Below the pieces are notes generated by a model that ran no database searches, was not told the origin of the DNA, and saw nothing but the letters and a program-made list of their open reading frames with translations. Source: Alphaproteobacteria bacterium (GTDB lineage: Bacteria > Pseudomonadota > Alphaproteobacteria > UBA828). From it: a DNA stretch of 64,000 bases. The stretch covers positions 160,001 through 224,000 of the forward strand of contig CBDCQT010000012.1 in the NCBI GenBank assembly GCA_965220745.1, read 5' to 3'. The first letter of the stretch is position 1; each line of letters starts with the position of its first letter. The position numbers and the translations under genes were made by a program. Below are positions 51,587 through 61,870 of this stretch, piece by piece.

Positions 51587-52361
51587 AGTCGTCGTCTCCC
51601 AAGATGTCCTCGGAGCCGAGATAGGCCTCGATCACCTCCGGGTTCGAAACGATCTCCGCCGGCGCACCCTCTGCAAGCTTCTTTCCGAAGTTCAGGACCG
51701 TGATGTACTCGCAGAGCCCCATCACGGTCTTCATGTCATGCTCGACCAGAATGATCGTGATGTTCCACTCGTCCCGCAGCTTGCGAATGATGCCGGTCAT
51801 TCGTTCCGTCTCGGCAGGGTTCATGCCGGCGACCGGCTCGTCCAGCATGAGGATATGCGGCTCGGTGGCGAGCGCCATTGCGACGCCGAGCGCTCTCTGA
51901 TGGCCGTGAGAGAGGTTGGGCGCGAGTTCGTCCCTGAATGCGCTCAAGCCGATGAATTCGAGGATTTCCAGTGCCCGCGCCTCATTGGCCTTCTCCATGC
52001 TGCGCGCGGTGCCGACGATCGCGCCGAACAGGCTCTCGCGCGCATGCAGGTGCCGCGCGATCGACACGTTCTGCAACACGGTGAAATCGCTGAACATGGC
52101 GGAGCGCTGAAAGGTGCGCACCCCGCCCTTGCCGGCAATGCGGCTCGGGCGCAAGCCGGTGAGCTTGTCGCCGTTGAGAAAGACGTCGCCCGAGGTCGGC
52201 TTGTACGTGCCCGAGATGACGTTGAAGAGCGTGGTCTTGCCCGCACCGTTGGGTCCGATGATCCCGCGGATTTCGCCTTCCTCGACTGTCATGTCGAGAT
52301 CGGCAATGGCGAGCAGGCCGCCGAAGCGCTTGCTCAGTTTCCTGACTTCGAGGAGCGACAC
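51576..52361 (-). CDS. livG: branched-chain amino acid-type ABC ATP-binding protein (LivG-like)
   Basis: GPNGAGKTT, LDEPVAGMN, VEHDM, VIEAYLG; probable GTG start 52361. Confidence 0.9.
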   Translation of the reverse strand: MSLLEVRKLSKRFGGLLAIADLDMTVEEGEIRGIIGPNGAGKTTLFNVISGTYKPTSGDVFLNGDKLTGLRPSRIAGKGGVRTFQRSAMFSDFTVLQNVSIARHLHARESLFGAIVGTARSMEKANEARALEILEFIGLSAFRDELAPNLSHGHQRALGVAMALATEPHILMLDEPVAGMNPAETERMTGIIRKLRDEWNITIILVEHDMKTVMGLCEYITVLNFGKKLAEGAPAEIVSNPEVIEAYLGSEDILGDDDFAA

Positions 52362-52372
52362 GAGACCGGCCC

Positions 52373-53419
52373 CTACGTTCGCGATGCGAAGGTCGTGAAC
52401 CAGGTGCGCAGACGCTGGAATTGCTGCCCCGGCGGCGTGCGCAGTGCACTGCCGACCTTGGGAAAGAGGCTCTCCAGCCCGCCCGGCAGGAAGATGAGGA
52501 AGAAGATCAGAACGGCGCCGAACATCAGAGGGCGCCATTCCAGCAGCGGCCGGCTCCATTCGAAGGCGATGGTCACCACGACCAGTCCCACGATCGGCCC
52601 CCAGAAGGTCGCCGTTCCGCCGACCACCACCCAGATGATCAGATAGATCATCGTGGTCAGGTCGAAGTTTCGCGGATCGATCGAGCCCATTCTGTAGGCC
52701 AGCAGAGCGCCGGCAATACCGGCAAAGAACGCGCCTGTGATAAAGGCGAGGCTGCGGTACCGCGCAACGTCGATGCCGACGCACTCGGCGAGAAGATCGT
52801 CGCTGTGGATCGACTTCCAGGCGTTGCCGATCCGCGATTTGTCGAGCCTCCACATGATGAAGACGGCGGCGAGCATGACGATGAAGCAGGTGAAGTAGAA
52901 CGGCACCGGCGGCGAGAGCCTGAGCCCCACGATCTCCGGCGACGGAATATTGATGATCCCTCGCGTGCCGCCGAACGGAAACTGCACCTTTACCCAGATG
53001 AGCCGCACCAGCTCACCCATGGCGAAGGAGGCGATAAAGAAGCCGAAGCCTGCCGTTCGCAGCAGCGGGATGATGAAGGCCGCGCCCACGATCGCGGCGG
53101 TGATCCCGGCCATCGGCACGACGACCCCGAAGGGCAGGCCGGCATGCTTTGCAATCAGCGCCGCGCCATAGGAGCCCGCGCCCATCAGCACGACATGGGC
53201 GAAGCTCCAGTCCCCGGTCGTGGTGATGAGCCGATAGCTCGTCACCATGATGACGTTGATGAAGAAAACGATCGCGAGCTCGCGGTGGTAGGGCTTCAGC
53301 TCGAAGCCGAGGACGCACAGAACGGCGAGCACCGCGGCGAGGAGGAGCAACGGCGCGATCCGCCGCAGCGCGGTCGCGGACGTGAGGCCCGTGCTGGCTA
53401 CCTCGTCAGGCGCGCTCAC
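52373..53419 (-). CDS. livM: branched-chain amino acid-type ABC permease (LivM-like)
   Basis: SFAHVVLMGAGSY, VVVGGTATFWGPIVG. Confidence 0.88.
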   Translation of the reverse strand: MSAPDEVASTGLTSATALRRIAPLLLLAAVLAVLCVLGFELKPYHRELAIVFFINVIMVTSYRLITTTGDWSFAHVVLMGAGSYGAALIAKHAGLPFGVVVPMAGITAAIVGAAFIIPLLRTAGFGFFIASFAMGELVRLIWVKVQFPFGGTRGIINIPSPEIVGLRLSPPVPFYFTCFIVMLAAVFIMWRLDKSRIGNAWKSIHSDDLLAECVGIDVARYRSLAFITGAFFAGIAGALLAYRMGSIDPRNFDLTTMIYLIIWVVVGGTATFWGPIVGLVVVTIAFEWSRPLLEWRPLMFGAVLIFFLIFLPGGLESLFPKVGSALRTPPGQQFQRLRTWFTTFASRT

Positions 53420-54275
53420 GGCCGAGCAGCCCCTGCGGGCGAACGATCAGAGTGAGCGCCATGAAGCCGACGCCAACCATCGTCGCGATCAGGTTGTCGG
53501 TCACCGTCGTGACGAAGGTGTGGATGAAGCCGAGGATGACGGCCGCCAGGATCGCGCCTTCGATGCTGGCCATGCCGCCCACGATCACGACCACGAAGGC
53601 GATCAGGATGACCCCGTGGCCCATGTAGGGCGTGACGGAATGGATCGGCGCCATCAGCGCGCCGGCGAGCCCCGCCGAGGCGCCGGCGAGCGCCATCGCC
53701 AGCGCCGTCATGCGGTTGGTGCGGATGCCCTGCAGTGCGGCGATTTCGGGATCCTGCGCGCAGGCGCGCAGCGCCTTGCCCAGCTTGACGCGATAGAGGA
53801 AGAAGCGCAGCGCGAGCAGCATCGCGAACGCGCAGGGGATGACGATGAGACGCTGCCAGCCGATCGTGGCGTCGCCCACGTCGGCAGCGCCCATGTAGGG
53901 TGTTGGAATGCTCTTGGCGATGCCGACGCCCCAGATCTGTCCCGCCAGCACTTGCAGGATGAACGCAAGCCCAGCGGTGGCCATGAAACCGGCCAGGATG
54001 TTCTTTCGCGTCGGCCGGAAGATCAGGCGCTCCGCCACCAACCCGAACAGTGCCACGATCGGGATCGCAAGGATGACTGCGAGCGGGAACGGCAGGCCGA
54101 CGAGCGCGTAGAGAACGTAGACGCAGTAGGCGCCGACCATGAAGAACTCGCCATGGGCGAAGTTCGCCATCTTCATGACGCCGAACGCGAGCGCCAGTCC
54201 GACCGCCACGAGCGCATAGATCGACGACGCCACAACGGAGTTCAGCAGCGTCTGGATCAGGGTAACGGTGTCCAT
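53406..54275 (-). CDS. livH: branched-chain amino acid-type ABC permease (LivH-like)
   Basis: NFAHGEF, GKALRA, VIVGGMAS, RPQGLLG. Confidence 0.9.
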   Translation of the reverse strand: MDTVTLIQTLLNSVVASSIYALVAVGLALAFGVMKMANFAHGEFFMVGAYCVYVLYALVGLPFPLAVILAIPIVALFGLVAERLIFRPTRKNILAGFMATAGLAFILQVLAGQIWGVGIAKSIPTPYMGAADVGDATIGWQRLIVIPCAFAMLLALRFFLYRVKLGKALRACAQDPEIAALQGIRTNRMTALAMALAGASAGLAGALMAPIHSVTPYMGHGVILIAFVVVIVGGMASIEGAILAAVILGFIHTFVTTVTDNLIATMVGVGFMALTLIVRPQGLLGRERA

Positions 54276-54291
54276 ACGACCGGACTCTGAG

Positions 54292-54322
54292 CAGCGGTCC
54301 CCGGACTATCCGGGGACCGCTG
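54292..54322. terminator. strong hairpin between the binding-protein and permease genes (attenuating or stabilising)
   Basis: CAGCGGTCCCCGGA-CTA-TCCGGGGACCGCTG; perfect 14-bp stem. Confidence 0.6.
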
Positions 54323-54400
54323 GACCGTACACTATCGTGTCCGCTACGGAAAAGCAGGGCGAGCGTTCATGTCGTTGATTTGCCCGCCCCTTTCACACGC

Positions 54401-55711
54401 TTACTGGCGCTGATCCCACATCTGACCGCGATCCCGCACGTGGGCGATGATCGACTCCTTGTGGGCGTCGAACCAGGGCTCGAAACGCATCATGGAGACG
54501 ATGCGCTTGCAGTTGCAGTCGGCGTCGAAGACGTTGGTCGGGATCGGATGCGACATCATATTCTTGATGCCCCACATGTCCTCGCCCGAGATCAACGCCG
54601 GCCCCTCGATCGTCATGATCGCTTTCTCGGCGCGGATGGCCTCCAGCACCGCATCGGGATCGAAGCTGCCGGCCTTCTCCAAACCGTGCAGATAGACCTG
54701 AACGATCGGCATGTAGAGCCAATCGATGCCGGTCATCGGCGCGTTCACGTCTTCCGGCGCACCGTCGCCGAAGCGGGCCTGCCAATCGTCAACGAACTGG
54801 CTCTGCATCGAGGGGTTGCCCCACCAGGGGTCGTCCATAGTGGGATAGCTGTCGTAGCCGCCAACCTTCGCGGCCCACTCCGGCGGCACCTTCTGCAGCA
54901 CCGATTCCCATTCGATGTAGTTCGCGTTGATGGGCCCTTCAAAGCCCTGCAGATAGAGCTGCTCCAGCACCAGCGGAATGAAATCGGGCCAGGTGATGTT
55001 GAGCGCCACCGCGTCCGGCTTGGCCGCAAGTAGTGCGGTTACGACGGGCGCGAAATCTGTGGTCTCGGGCGAGAAGTGCTCGTCGTAGACGATCTCCCAA
55101 CCCGCCGCCTTTGCCGCGCCAACCTCCCAGGCCTGCCCGACGAATGTCACCGCATCTTCCTGCGCGATGACCCCGTAGGTCTTCAGCTCGGGATAGACGT
55201 TCTTGATGTAGAGCGGGCGCATCATTTCGCCGCGAGGGAACGAGTCCTCGCCGGCGATCACGTAGGGGCGGTTGGGGTTGATGTCGGTGGACGCAAGCGG
55301 CGCATAGAATACGCCGTTGTCCATCAGGAACGGGATCTGGGAGTCCCCGGTCGTGCCGCCGACACCCAGCACCATCTTGACCTCGTTCTCGAAGACAAGC
55401 TGCTTCGCGCCCTGTAGTGCCTTGCTCGGTACATACTCGTTATCGAACTGGTGGATCTCGATCATATGGCGCGTGTCACCGACCAGGAGCCCGCCTTCCG
55501 AGTTGATCCAGTCGGCCAGGATCTTCAGGCCGGTGAGCCCAGGCAGACCCCAGCCCGCGACCGGGCCGGACAGCGGTGCATTGAAGCCGATGCCGATGGG
55601 ATCGCCGACATTCTCCTCGGCGTTTGCTTGAGAGAACGTGCCGAGCGCGAGAACACCGGAAACTGCAAGTATTCCGACGCAGCGGAGCACTGTTTTTCCT
55701 AGCGACTTCAT
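54401..55711 (-). CDS. ABC transporter substrate-binding protein (Leu-binding family)
   Basis: Signal peptide; APLSGPVAGWG, INSEGG, TTDFAPVVT. Confidence 0.88.
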   Translation of the reverse strand: MKSLGKTVLRCVGILAVSGVLALGTFSQANAEENVGDPIGIGFNAPLSGPVAGWGLPGLTGLKILADWINSEGGLLVGDTRHMIEIHQFDNEYVPSKALQGAKQLVFENEVKMVLGVGGTTGDSQIPFLMDNGVFYAPLASTDINPNRPYVIAGEDSFPRGEMMRPLYIKNVYPELKTYGVIAQEDAVTFVGQAWEVGAAKAAGWEIVYDEHFSPETTDFAPVVTALLAAKPDAVALNITWPDFIPLVLEQLYLQGFEGPINANYIEWESVLQKVPPEWAAKVGGYDSYPTMDDPWWGNPSMQSQFVDDWQARFGDGAPEDVNAPMTGIDWLYMPIVQVYLHGLEKAGSFDPDAVLEAIRAEKAIMTIEGPALISGEDMWGIKNMMSHPIPTNVFDADCNCKRIVSMMRFEPWFDAHKESIIAHVRDRGQMWDQRQ

Positions 55712-57815
55712 GTTGTCTCCCTTTCCCTCGTTGGGTCTTCGCATCAACCAGAGATCCACCCCCAGCGCGGAGCATAGCCGCGCCAAAACGGGCGTTCAAG
55801 CCGACCACGCCCGCCGCCAAGTGCCGACACGCCCCGTGAAGGAAGATGTCCGCGGCCGGACGTTCTCGGGAAAGCAACCGCCGCGCGCCGTTGCATAAAG
55901 CTGCACGCTCCGACAACCTGACGTTCGAGAATGCCTCGGCCTTGCTGTTGACAACCCGAATACGAGTGCCTCGAGTCAGGTGTTTGAACCGATCGCACTA
56001 CCATCCAAGATTAGGTTCCATACTGCACCTCAATACTCCGCTGGTCGGCAAGATCGGGGAACGTCCCTGTTCCGGGCTTCGTCCTGGTTGGTATGGTTGG
56101 CGGTGGATCGGGGATTTGGAACAGGTGTTCGGGTCTGTCGTTGTAGGCGTGTGCGCGCAGCAGCCCGGCCCTGTGCCATCTGTGTACCGTGTCGTCGGAC
56201 CCTCCGAGCCGGTCAGCGGCTTCCAAGGCCGTCAACAGCCCGCGTTCGCGCAGCCGGTCACGGCGGGTCTTGAGAGCGTAGTTGACCCGGACCACCTTCA
56301 CCGATATCGGGTCGAAGGCGTGGCCGTGTCCGGTTCGGTACCCGCGCCGGTTGAGGATCGCTGCGATCTCGCCCTCGGTGTGATCGTTCAACAGCCTGTC
56401 GACCTCGGCGACGACCTCGTCGCTGGTCTTGGTGAGCTGGGAAGGGTGAGGGTCCGGCGTCCAGGTGATCTGTCGGGTCGCGCCGCCGCGCAGGCGCACC
56501 CCGAGGCTCCGCGTGGCCTTGGTCAGGGTCACGTCCTCGATCAGCAGCCGCGCCATCCGCTTGCGCTCGCGGTGCGGCGTCGCCGGATCGTTCCACAGGC
56601 GCGGGAAGTCGCTGGCCAGGGCGAGGATTCGCTCGCGTTGCGCGTCGTCCAACCCCTGGCCCGGTTCGGCGCGGCTGCGCTCGCGCTGGGCCTCGTCGAG
56701 TGCGCGAAGCTTCGCGTTCCACTCCGCCTCCAGCACGTCGGCCACCATCCGGTTGTCGGGATGGGTCTGCATGAACCGCTGGCGGGCCAGGTCGGCTTCC
56801 TCGCGGGCGCGCTGCACCCGCTGGGCGCGCCACAGATCCGCCTCTCCGGCGCGCGCGGCGAGTTCGTCCTGCACCTGCAACGCGACGTCCAGCGTGAGCG
56901 GTGTCATCAGCTCGACCAGCAGCGCGCCGACCGCCCGGTCGATGGCGCCGCCGGATATGCTCTGGCAATTCTCCGCGCTCGCCGTCTCGACCCTTTCGCG
57001 ATTACACAGGTACTGGGGGCTTTGTTGCCCTTTTACGGTTCGGTAGCGCACCGTCATGTTCCTGCCGCACACGCTGCAGATCGCCAGGCCCTGCAGCAGC
57101 GCGGACCCTTCGCGCGGGGCGCCGCGTCGCTCCGCCGCGGCGTGCGCATGGGCATTGTCCCGGAGCTGGCGCTGGTTCTGCTCGAAGCGCTCCCAGGTGA
57201 TGTAGCCCGGGTGGGCATCGCGCAGCAGCACCGTCCATTCCTCTCGCGGAACGCTTCTGGTCTCGACACCGCCGCCGGGACGGCGCCGGCTGCGGCTGCG
57301 CCCGTACGCGAAAGCGCCGGCGTATCGCGGGTTGTGCAGAAGCCCGCACACGCGCGAGAACCTCAGGGGTTTCCAATGCAGTTCACCGCTGTGGAGCCCG
57401 CCTTGAGGACGGTACGGAAACAGCAGCTTCTCGTTGTTGAAATGCCTGACCGTGGCGCTGGCCGAGCCGGTCCGCGTGAAGGTGTCGAATATCAGGCGCA
57501 GACTGTGCTGCACCTGCTCGTCGGGGTCGAGCGCCACGTTGCCGAGCGGGTCGTAGACCAGCCCCACCGGCAGCGACACCTTCAACTCCCCGCGCCTGGC
57601 CTTGGCCAGCACTCCGCCACGCAGCCGGATGCGCATCATGTGCAGCTCCGCTTCCGACATGGTCCCTTTGAGCCCATATGTAGGACAGCCCGCTATGTCG
57701 GGCAGCATGCGCAACCTACTGTCAACACGAGCTTTTTCTCCAAGCTGTCTGACATAATTTTCTCGGTGCGATTCGTCTGACATGACGTCATCTCCACGAG
57801 TACTGGAGGTGAATC

Positions 57816-59060
57816 ATGTTCGAAACTCTCTACAAGGACCCCGCCACCATCGACAGATATCGGCTTGCGCCCCTGTTGGAGGATCGCGAACGGTATCTGT
57901 GCGCCGTGCTCGCCTCGGGTGCGGTCGTTGAGGTCGCACGCCGGGTCGCGCGTGCTCAGCTCGCCCTCATCGATCTGCTGAACCTGCCCGATGCCGACGT
58001 TCCGGTCGATTTTGCGGCGGTAGAGGCGGCTGTTCAGGAGTGGTGTCGGAACGTTCCCGCAGTTTCGGCCGCGAATTTCCGGCGCCATGCCTTTCGCTGG
58101 CTGCGTTTCCTCGGCTGGCTGGAAGAGCCGGTTGGGAATGCCCATCCGCACGCCCGGCAGGTGGAGGCTTTCGCCGCCTGGATGCGGGACGACCGGGGGC
58201 TGTCCGAAGCGACCATCGGCAACTGCTGCTACGAGAGCGACCGTCTCTTTGCCTGGGCAGCAGGCAGGAACCTGATGCTCGCCGACATGACGATCGGCGA
58301 CGTCGACGAGTTCCTTGCCGCGCGGATTGCCGACGGAGGTCTTCGTCGAACGTCCGCGCGCGCCGCGGCCGGGTGTCTGCGCAGCTTTTTCCGTTTCGCC
58401 GAAACGCGGAACTGGTGCCGGTCGGGCATCGCCGGGTGCATCATGCCGCCGCTGGCCTATCCCGACCGACCGGTTCCCAAGGGGTTCGATCACGACGAAG
58501 TCGAGAGGCTGCTCGCCACGACGGAGGGTTCGACCCCGGCAGACGTTGGCGACCGTGCGGTGCTGACGATCCTTGCAACCTGCGGGCTCAGGGCCGGCGA
58601 AGTTGGCGCTCTGCGCGTCGAGGACATCGACTGGGAGCGGGACAAGCTGCGCGTGTTCCGTCCCAAGACCGGCCGAACCGACACCTTCCCGCTCACCCCC
58701 TCCGTCGGCAACGCGTTGATGGACTATCTCCTCAAGGTGCGCCCGGAGGCGGGACGGGAGCGGGCCTTGTTCCTGACGTTGCAGGCTCCGTTCAGGCCGC
58801 TGACGAGCAGCGCCATAGGGATGATCGTCCGCAGCCGCGCGAACCGCCTTGGCATCACCGGCAAGCGCCTGGGCGCCCATGCGCTTCGCCATGCGGCGGC
58901 ACAGCGGCTGGTCGACGAGGGGTGCGGACTCAAGACCGTCGGCGACTTCCTCGGCCATTCCAGCCCGAGCGCGACGGCCGCATACGCAAAGATCGATCTC
59001 GCCTCGCTTCGCCCGGTCGCCGACATCTGCCTGAAGGAGCTGCTCGATGACGCTGCGTGA
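57816..59060 (+). CDS. RIT tyrosine recombinase A
   Basis: GLRAGEV, RPKTGR, HALRH, LGH, TAAYAK. Confidence 0.9.
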   Translation: MFETLYKDPATIDRYRLAPLLEDRERYLCAVLASGAVVEVARRVARAQLALIDLLNLPDADVPVDFAAVEAAVQEWCRNVPAVSAANFRRHAFRWLRFLGWLEEPVGNAHPHARQVEAFAAWMRDDRGLSEATIGNCCYESDRLFAWAAGRNLMLADMTIGDVDEFLAARIADGGLRRTSARAAAGCLRSFFRFAETRNWCRSGIAGCIMPPLAYPDRPVPKGFDHDEVERLLATTEGSTPADVGDRAVLTILATCGLRAGEVGALRVEDIDWERDKLRVFRPKTGRTDTFPLTPSVGNALMDYLLKVRPEAGRERALFLTLQAPFRPLTSSAIGMIVRSRANRLGITGKRLGAHALRHAAAQRLVDEGCGLKTVGDFLGHSSPSATAAYAKIDLASLRPVADICLKELLDDAA

Positions 59061-60036
59061 GGCCGTTGACCGCTATGTTGCGTGGCAGCGCGACCACGGC
59101 GCCAAGTTCCGCTCAAGCGCCGAGACCCTCGATACCTTCTGTCGCCGGATCGGAGAGGACAGGGACTGTGACACGGTGGGCGAGGATGAAGTCCGCCGCT
59201 TCCTTGCCGGCAAGGGGACGCTCACGAGAACACGCGCCGTAAAATACGGAACGCTTGCCGGGTTCTACGGCTTCGCGCTGAGCCGGAGCCATGTGAGTTG
59301 CATGCCCATGCCGCCGCGGGAGGCGGAACCGCGGCCGCCCGAGGTCGCGCCGCCCTTCATCTTCACTCATGAGGAATTGCGGCGCCTGTTCAAGTCGGCA
59401 GGCGGGGGCCGCAGGCGTTGCCTCAAGCTCGATATCGAGACCTTCCGGACATTCCTGCTCCTGCTCTACGGCGCCGGACTGCGCTCCGGAGAAGCGCGGC
59501 GACTGAGCGTGGCGGACGTGGACCTGGACTCCGCGGTGCTCGCGGTGAACGACACGAAGTTCTACAAGAGCCGTCTCGTGCCGGTCGGCGCCGACCTCGC
59601 CGGCATGCTTCGCCGATACGCCGCCATCCGGACACAGCGCCCCCTCCCCGAGGGATCGGCATCCACCTTCCTCGCCTGCCGCGACGGGACGCCGCTGAAA
59701 AAGGCCATCGTACGTCACGCCTTCCATAAGACGCTTCGGGCGGCCGGAATCGAGAACAGAAAACCCGGATGCCGGGCGCCCTGCCTGCATTCGCTGCGCC
59801 ATAGCTTTGCCACCCATCGCCTGACCTCCTGGCATCGCGAGGGGGCCGACGTTCAACGGCTCCTGCCGGCGCTTTCGACCTACCTCGGCCACGGCAGCGT
59901 GGCAGCGACGCAGGTCTACATATCGATGACCCCGGACTTGCTCGACGAGGCCAGCCGCCGGTTCGAGCGCTACGTTGAGCACAACCCAGGCCCGGATGCC
60001 GGGCAGCATCGGAAAGGGGGTACAAGCCATGCCTGA
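59047..60036 (+). CDS. RIT tyrosine recombinase B
   Basis: GLRSGE, TKFYKSRLVP, HSLRHSFA, LSTYLGH, TQVY. Confidence 0.92.
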   Translation: MTLREAVDRYVAWQRDHGAKFRSSAETLDTFCRRIGEDRDCDTVGEDEVRRFLAGKGTLTRTRAVKYGTLAGFYGFALSRSHVSCMPMPPREAEPRPPEVAPPFIFTHEELRRLFKSAGGGRRRCLKLDIETFRTFLLLLYGAGLRSGEARRLSVADVDLDSAVLAVNDTKFYKSRLVPVGADLAGMLRRYAAIRTQRPLPEGSASTFLACRDGTPLKKAIVRHAFHKTLRAAGIENRKPGCRAPCLHSLRHSFATHRLTSWHREGADVQRLLPALSTYLGHGSVAATQVYISMTPDLLDEASRRFERYVEHNPGPDAGQHRKGGTSHA

Positions 60037-61030
60037 ACGCAGCTCCGCTCTCGGCACATGGATCAAGCGCTTCCTCTTGGAGTATCTCCCGACCGAGCGC
60101 AATCTGGCGGTCAATACCTTGAAGAGTTATCGCGACGGCCTGACGCTGCTGTTGCCCTTCGTGGCCGAGCGCTGCGGCAAGGCAGTGGAGCGGCTCGCGG
60201 TCGAAGATCTGTCCGCCGACCGCGTGACGGCCTTTCTCGGCCACCTGGAACGGGAACGGGGCTGCTCGGCGCAGACCCGCAACCTGCGCCTTACAGCGAT
60301 CCGCTCCTTCGCCCGCTACGTCGCGGTGCGCGACGCCGCACTTGTCGAATGGGCCGGCAGCATCCGCGCCATTCCGCTCAAGAAAACGGTGCGGCCCCGG
60401 ATCGTCTGGCTGTCGGCGGAGAACATGGACGCCATGATCGCCGGGCCGGACAGGCGCACCGTAGCAGGGCGGGTCGAGCACGCCCTTCTCCTGTTCCTCT
60501 ACAACACCGGGGCGAGAGCCTCCGAGGCGGCGGGACTGCAGGTGGAGGATCTGCATCTCCCGGAACGCACGGGCGAAAACGCGCGTGCAACGATCCATGG
60601 CAAGGGAGGAAAGGTCCGCGTCACGCCGATCTGGACGAGCACCGCCAAGGCCCTCGCCGCTCTCTCCAGGGACCGCCCACCCGGCTGCGGGAGCATCTTC
60701 TGGAGCCGGCATCGCAAGCCCTACACCCGGCATGGAATCATCGAACTCGTGGAGCGTGCCGCCGCTCGCGTGCCGGAACTCAAGGGGCAGAAGATCACGC
60801 CGCACGTGCTGCGGCACAGCTGCGCCTGTCACCTGCTTCGCTCCGGCATCGACATCAACACCATTCGTGCCTGGCTCGGTCACGTCTCCCTCGCGACCAC
60901 CAACATCTACGCCGAGGTCGATCTCAAGGCGAAGGAAGAGGCGATGAAATCCACCTGCCCCGGCGATCCCGGGGACAAGCCGCGATGGAAGGCACGAGGT
61001 GGCCTGCTCGAACAGCTGAAGGCAATCTGA
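60029..61030 (+). CDS. RIT tyrosine recombinase C
   Basis: NTLKSYRD, TRNLRLTAIRSF, YNTGARASE, HGKGGK, PHVLRHS, WLGHVSLATTNIY. Confidence 0.92.
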   Translation: MPERSSALGTWIKRFLLEYLPTERNLAVNTLKSYRDGLTLLLPFVAERCGKAVERLAVEDLSADRVTAFLGHLERERGCSAQTRNLRLTAIRSFARYVAVRDAALVEWAGSIRAIPLKKTVRPRIVWLSAENMDAMIAGPDRRTVAGRVEHALLLFLYNTGARASEAAGLQVEDLHLPERTGENARATIHGKGGKVRVTPIWTSTAKALAALSRDRPPGCGSIFWSRHRKPYTRHGIIELVERAAARVPELKGQKITPHVLRHSCACHLLRSGIDINTIRAWLGHVSLATTNIYAEVDLKAKEEAMKSTCPGDPGDKPRWKARGGLLEQLKAI

Positions 61031-61561
61031 ACGACAAATATTATGTCGGGCAGTCCGGCGAATAATCTCGTGTTGACAGTGGGTTGCGCATGCTGCCCGA
61101 CATAGCGGGCTGTACTACATATGGGCTCTTATGTGGGCCATGACATAAGAGCCCGAGCAGTAGCCGATCATTGAAGTCGCCGGGGTCGTAGACGCCGTCC
61201 TCGTCGAGGATCAGCGTCTCGCTCAGGGCGCAGATCTCAAGCAGGCGGTGCCACTCGGTAGAGTTGCGCGCGAGGCGGCTGACCTCGAGCCCGAGCACGA
61301 TCCCGGCCCGGCCCATGCCGACCTCGGCGACCAGGCGCTGGAATCCCTCGCGGTCCCTGTCGGCGCCGGAGAGACCGAGATCGCTGTCGATCACGACGAT
61401 GCTCTCGCTCGGCCAGCCCAGCGCCACCGCCCGCTCCCGCAGCGCGTACTGGCGGCGCGTGCTCTCGCCATGCTCGAACACCTGACGCGGGGTGGACTGA
61501 CGCACGTACAGGTAGGCATCGCGGCTCAGGTGGTTCGCGGCCACCTTCTGGTGAGCGGGGT

Positions 61562-61870
61562 TCATGCGGCTTCCCTCCCCATATGGCCCCTGAGCATCGC
61601 GAGCAGAATGTCGATCACCGGCCTTTCGACGTCGGCGGGCAGCGGCTCCGGGGAAGCGCCGCCGCAAACGGCAGCCGGCGGGGCGGGCAGTTCGGCGAAG
61701 GCATGCAGCCAGGCCGCGACGCCGCGCAGCGCCACCACGGCGAGCCCGTGGCGACCGTGGCCGGCGCCGGGCTCGACGGCATGACGGCGCATCCGCTCGT
61801 AACCGTGCCCGTAGGCGGAATGCTCCGCCGCGGGGAGCGCGGCGCATGGCGGCGGGCTGTGCATCGTCAT
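61562..61870 (-). CDS. hypothetical protein of the serine-recombinase element
   Basis: 102 aa; YERMRR...GLAVVALRGVAAW; ATGA overlaps on both sides. Confidence 0.7.
   Translation of the reverse strand: MTMHSPPPCAALPAAEHSAYGHGYERMRRHAVEPGAGHGRHGLAVVALRGVAAWLHAFAELPAPPAAVCGGASPEPLPADVERPVIDILLAMLRGHMGREAA

Larger units (their letters stand above)
57676..61148 (+). mobile_element. RIT (recombinase-in-trio) element
   Basis: Three overlapping tyrosine recombinase genes; 62-bp IR with 2 mismatches (57670-57731 / 61067-61128); GAGCCC flanks at 57670-57675 and 61149-61154. Confidence 0.92.
56011..61565 (-). pseudogene. large serine recombinase interrupted by a RIT element
   Basis: N-part 61565-61149 (YVRQST, SDLGLSG, LEVSRLARN, NDRLLLGL) and C-part 57669-56011 (KGTMSEAELH, recombinase domain, CSVCG zinc ribbon, EVQY) rejoin in frame as 691 aa. 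Confidence 0.9.

Noticed and set aside
57670-57783. N-terminal 38 aa of the 590-aa recombinase ORF as a genuine start
   Set aside because: It is translated RIT end sequence. The true N-terminus is at 61565.
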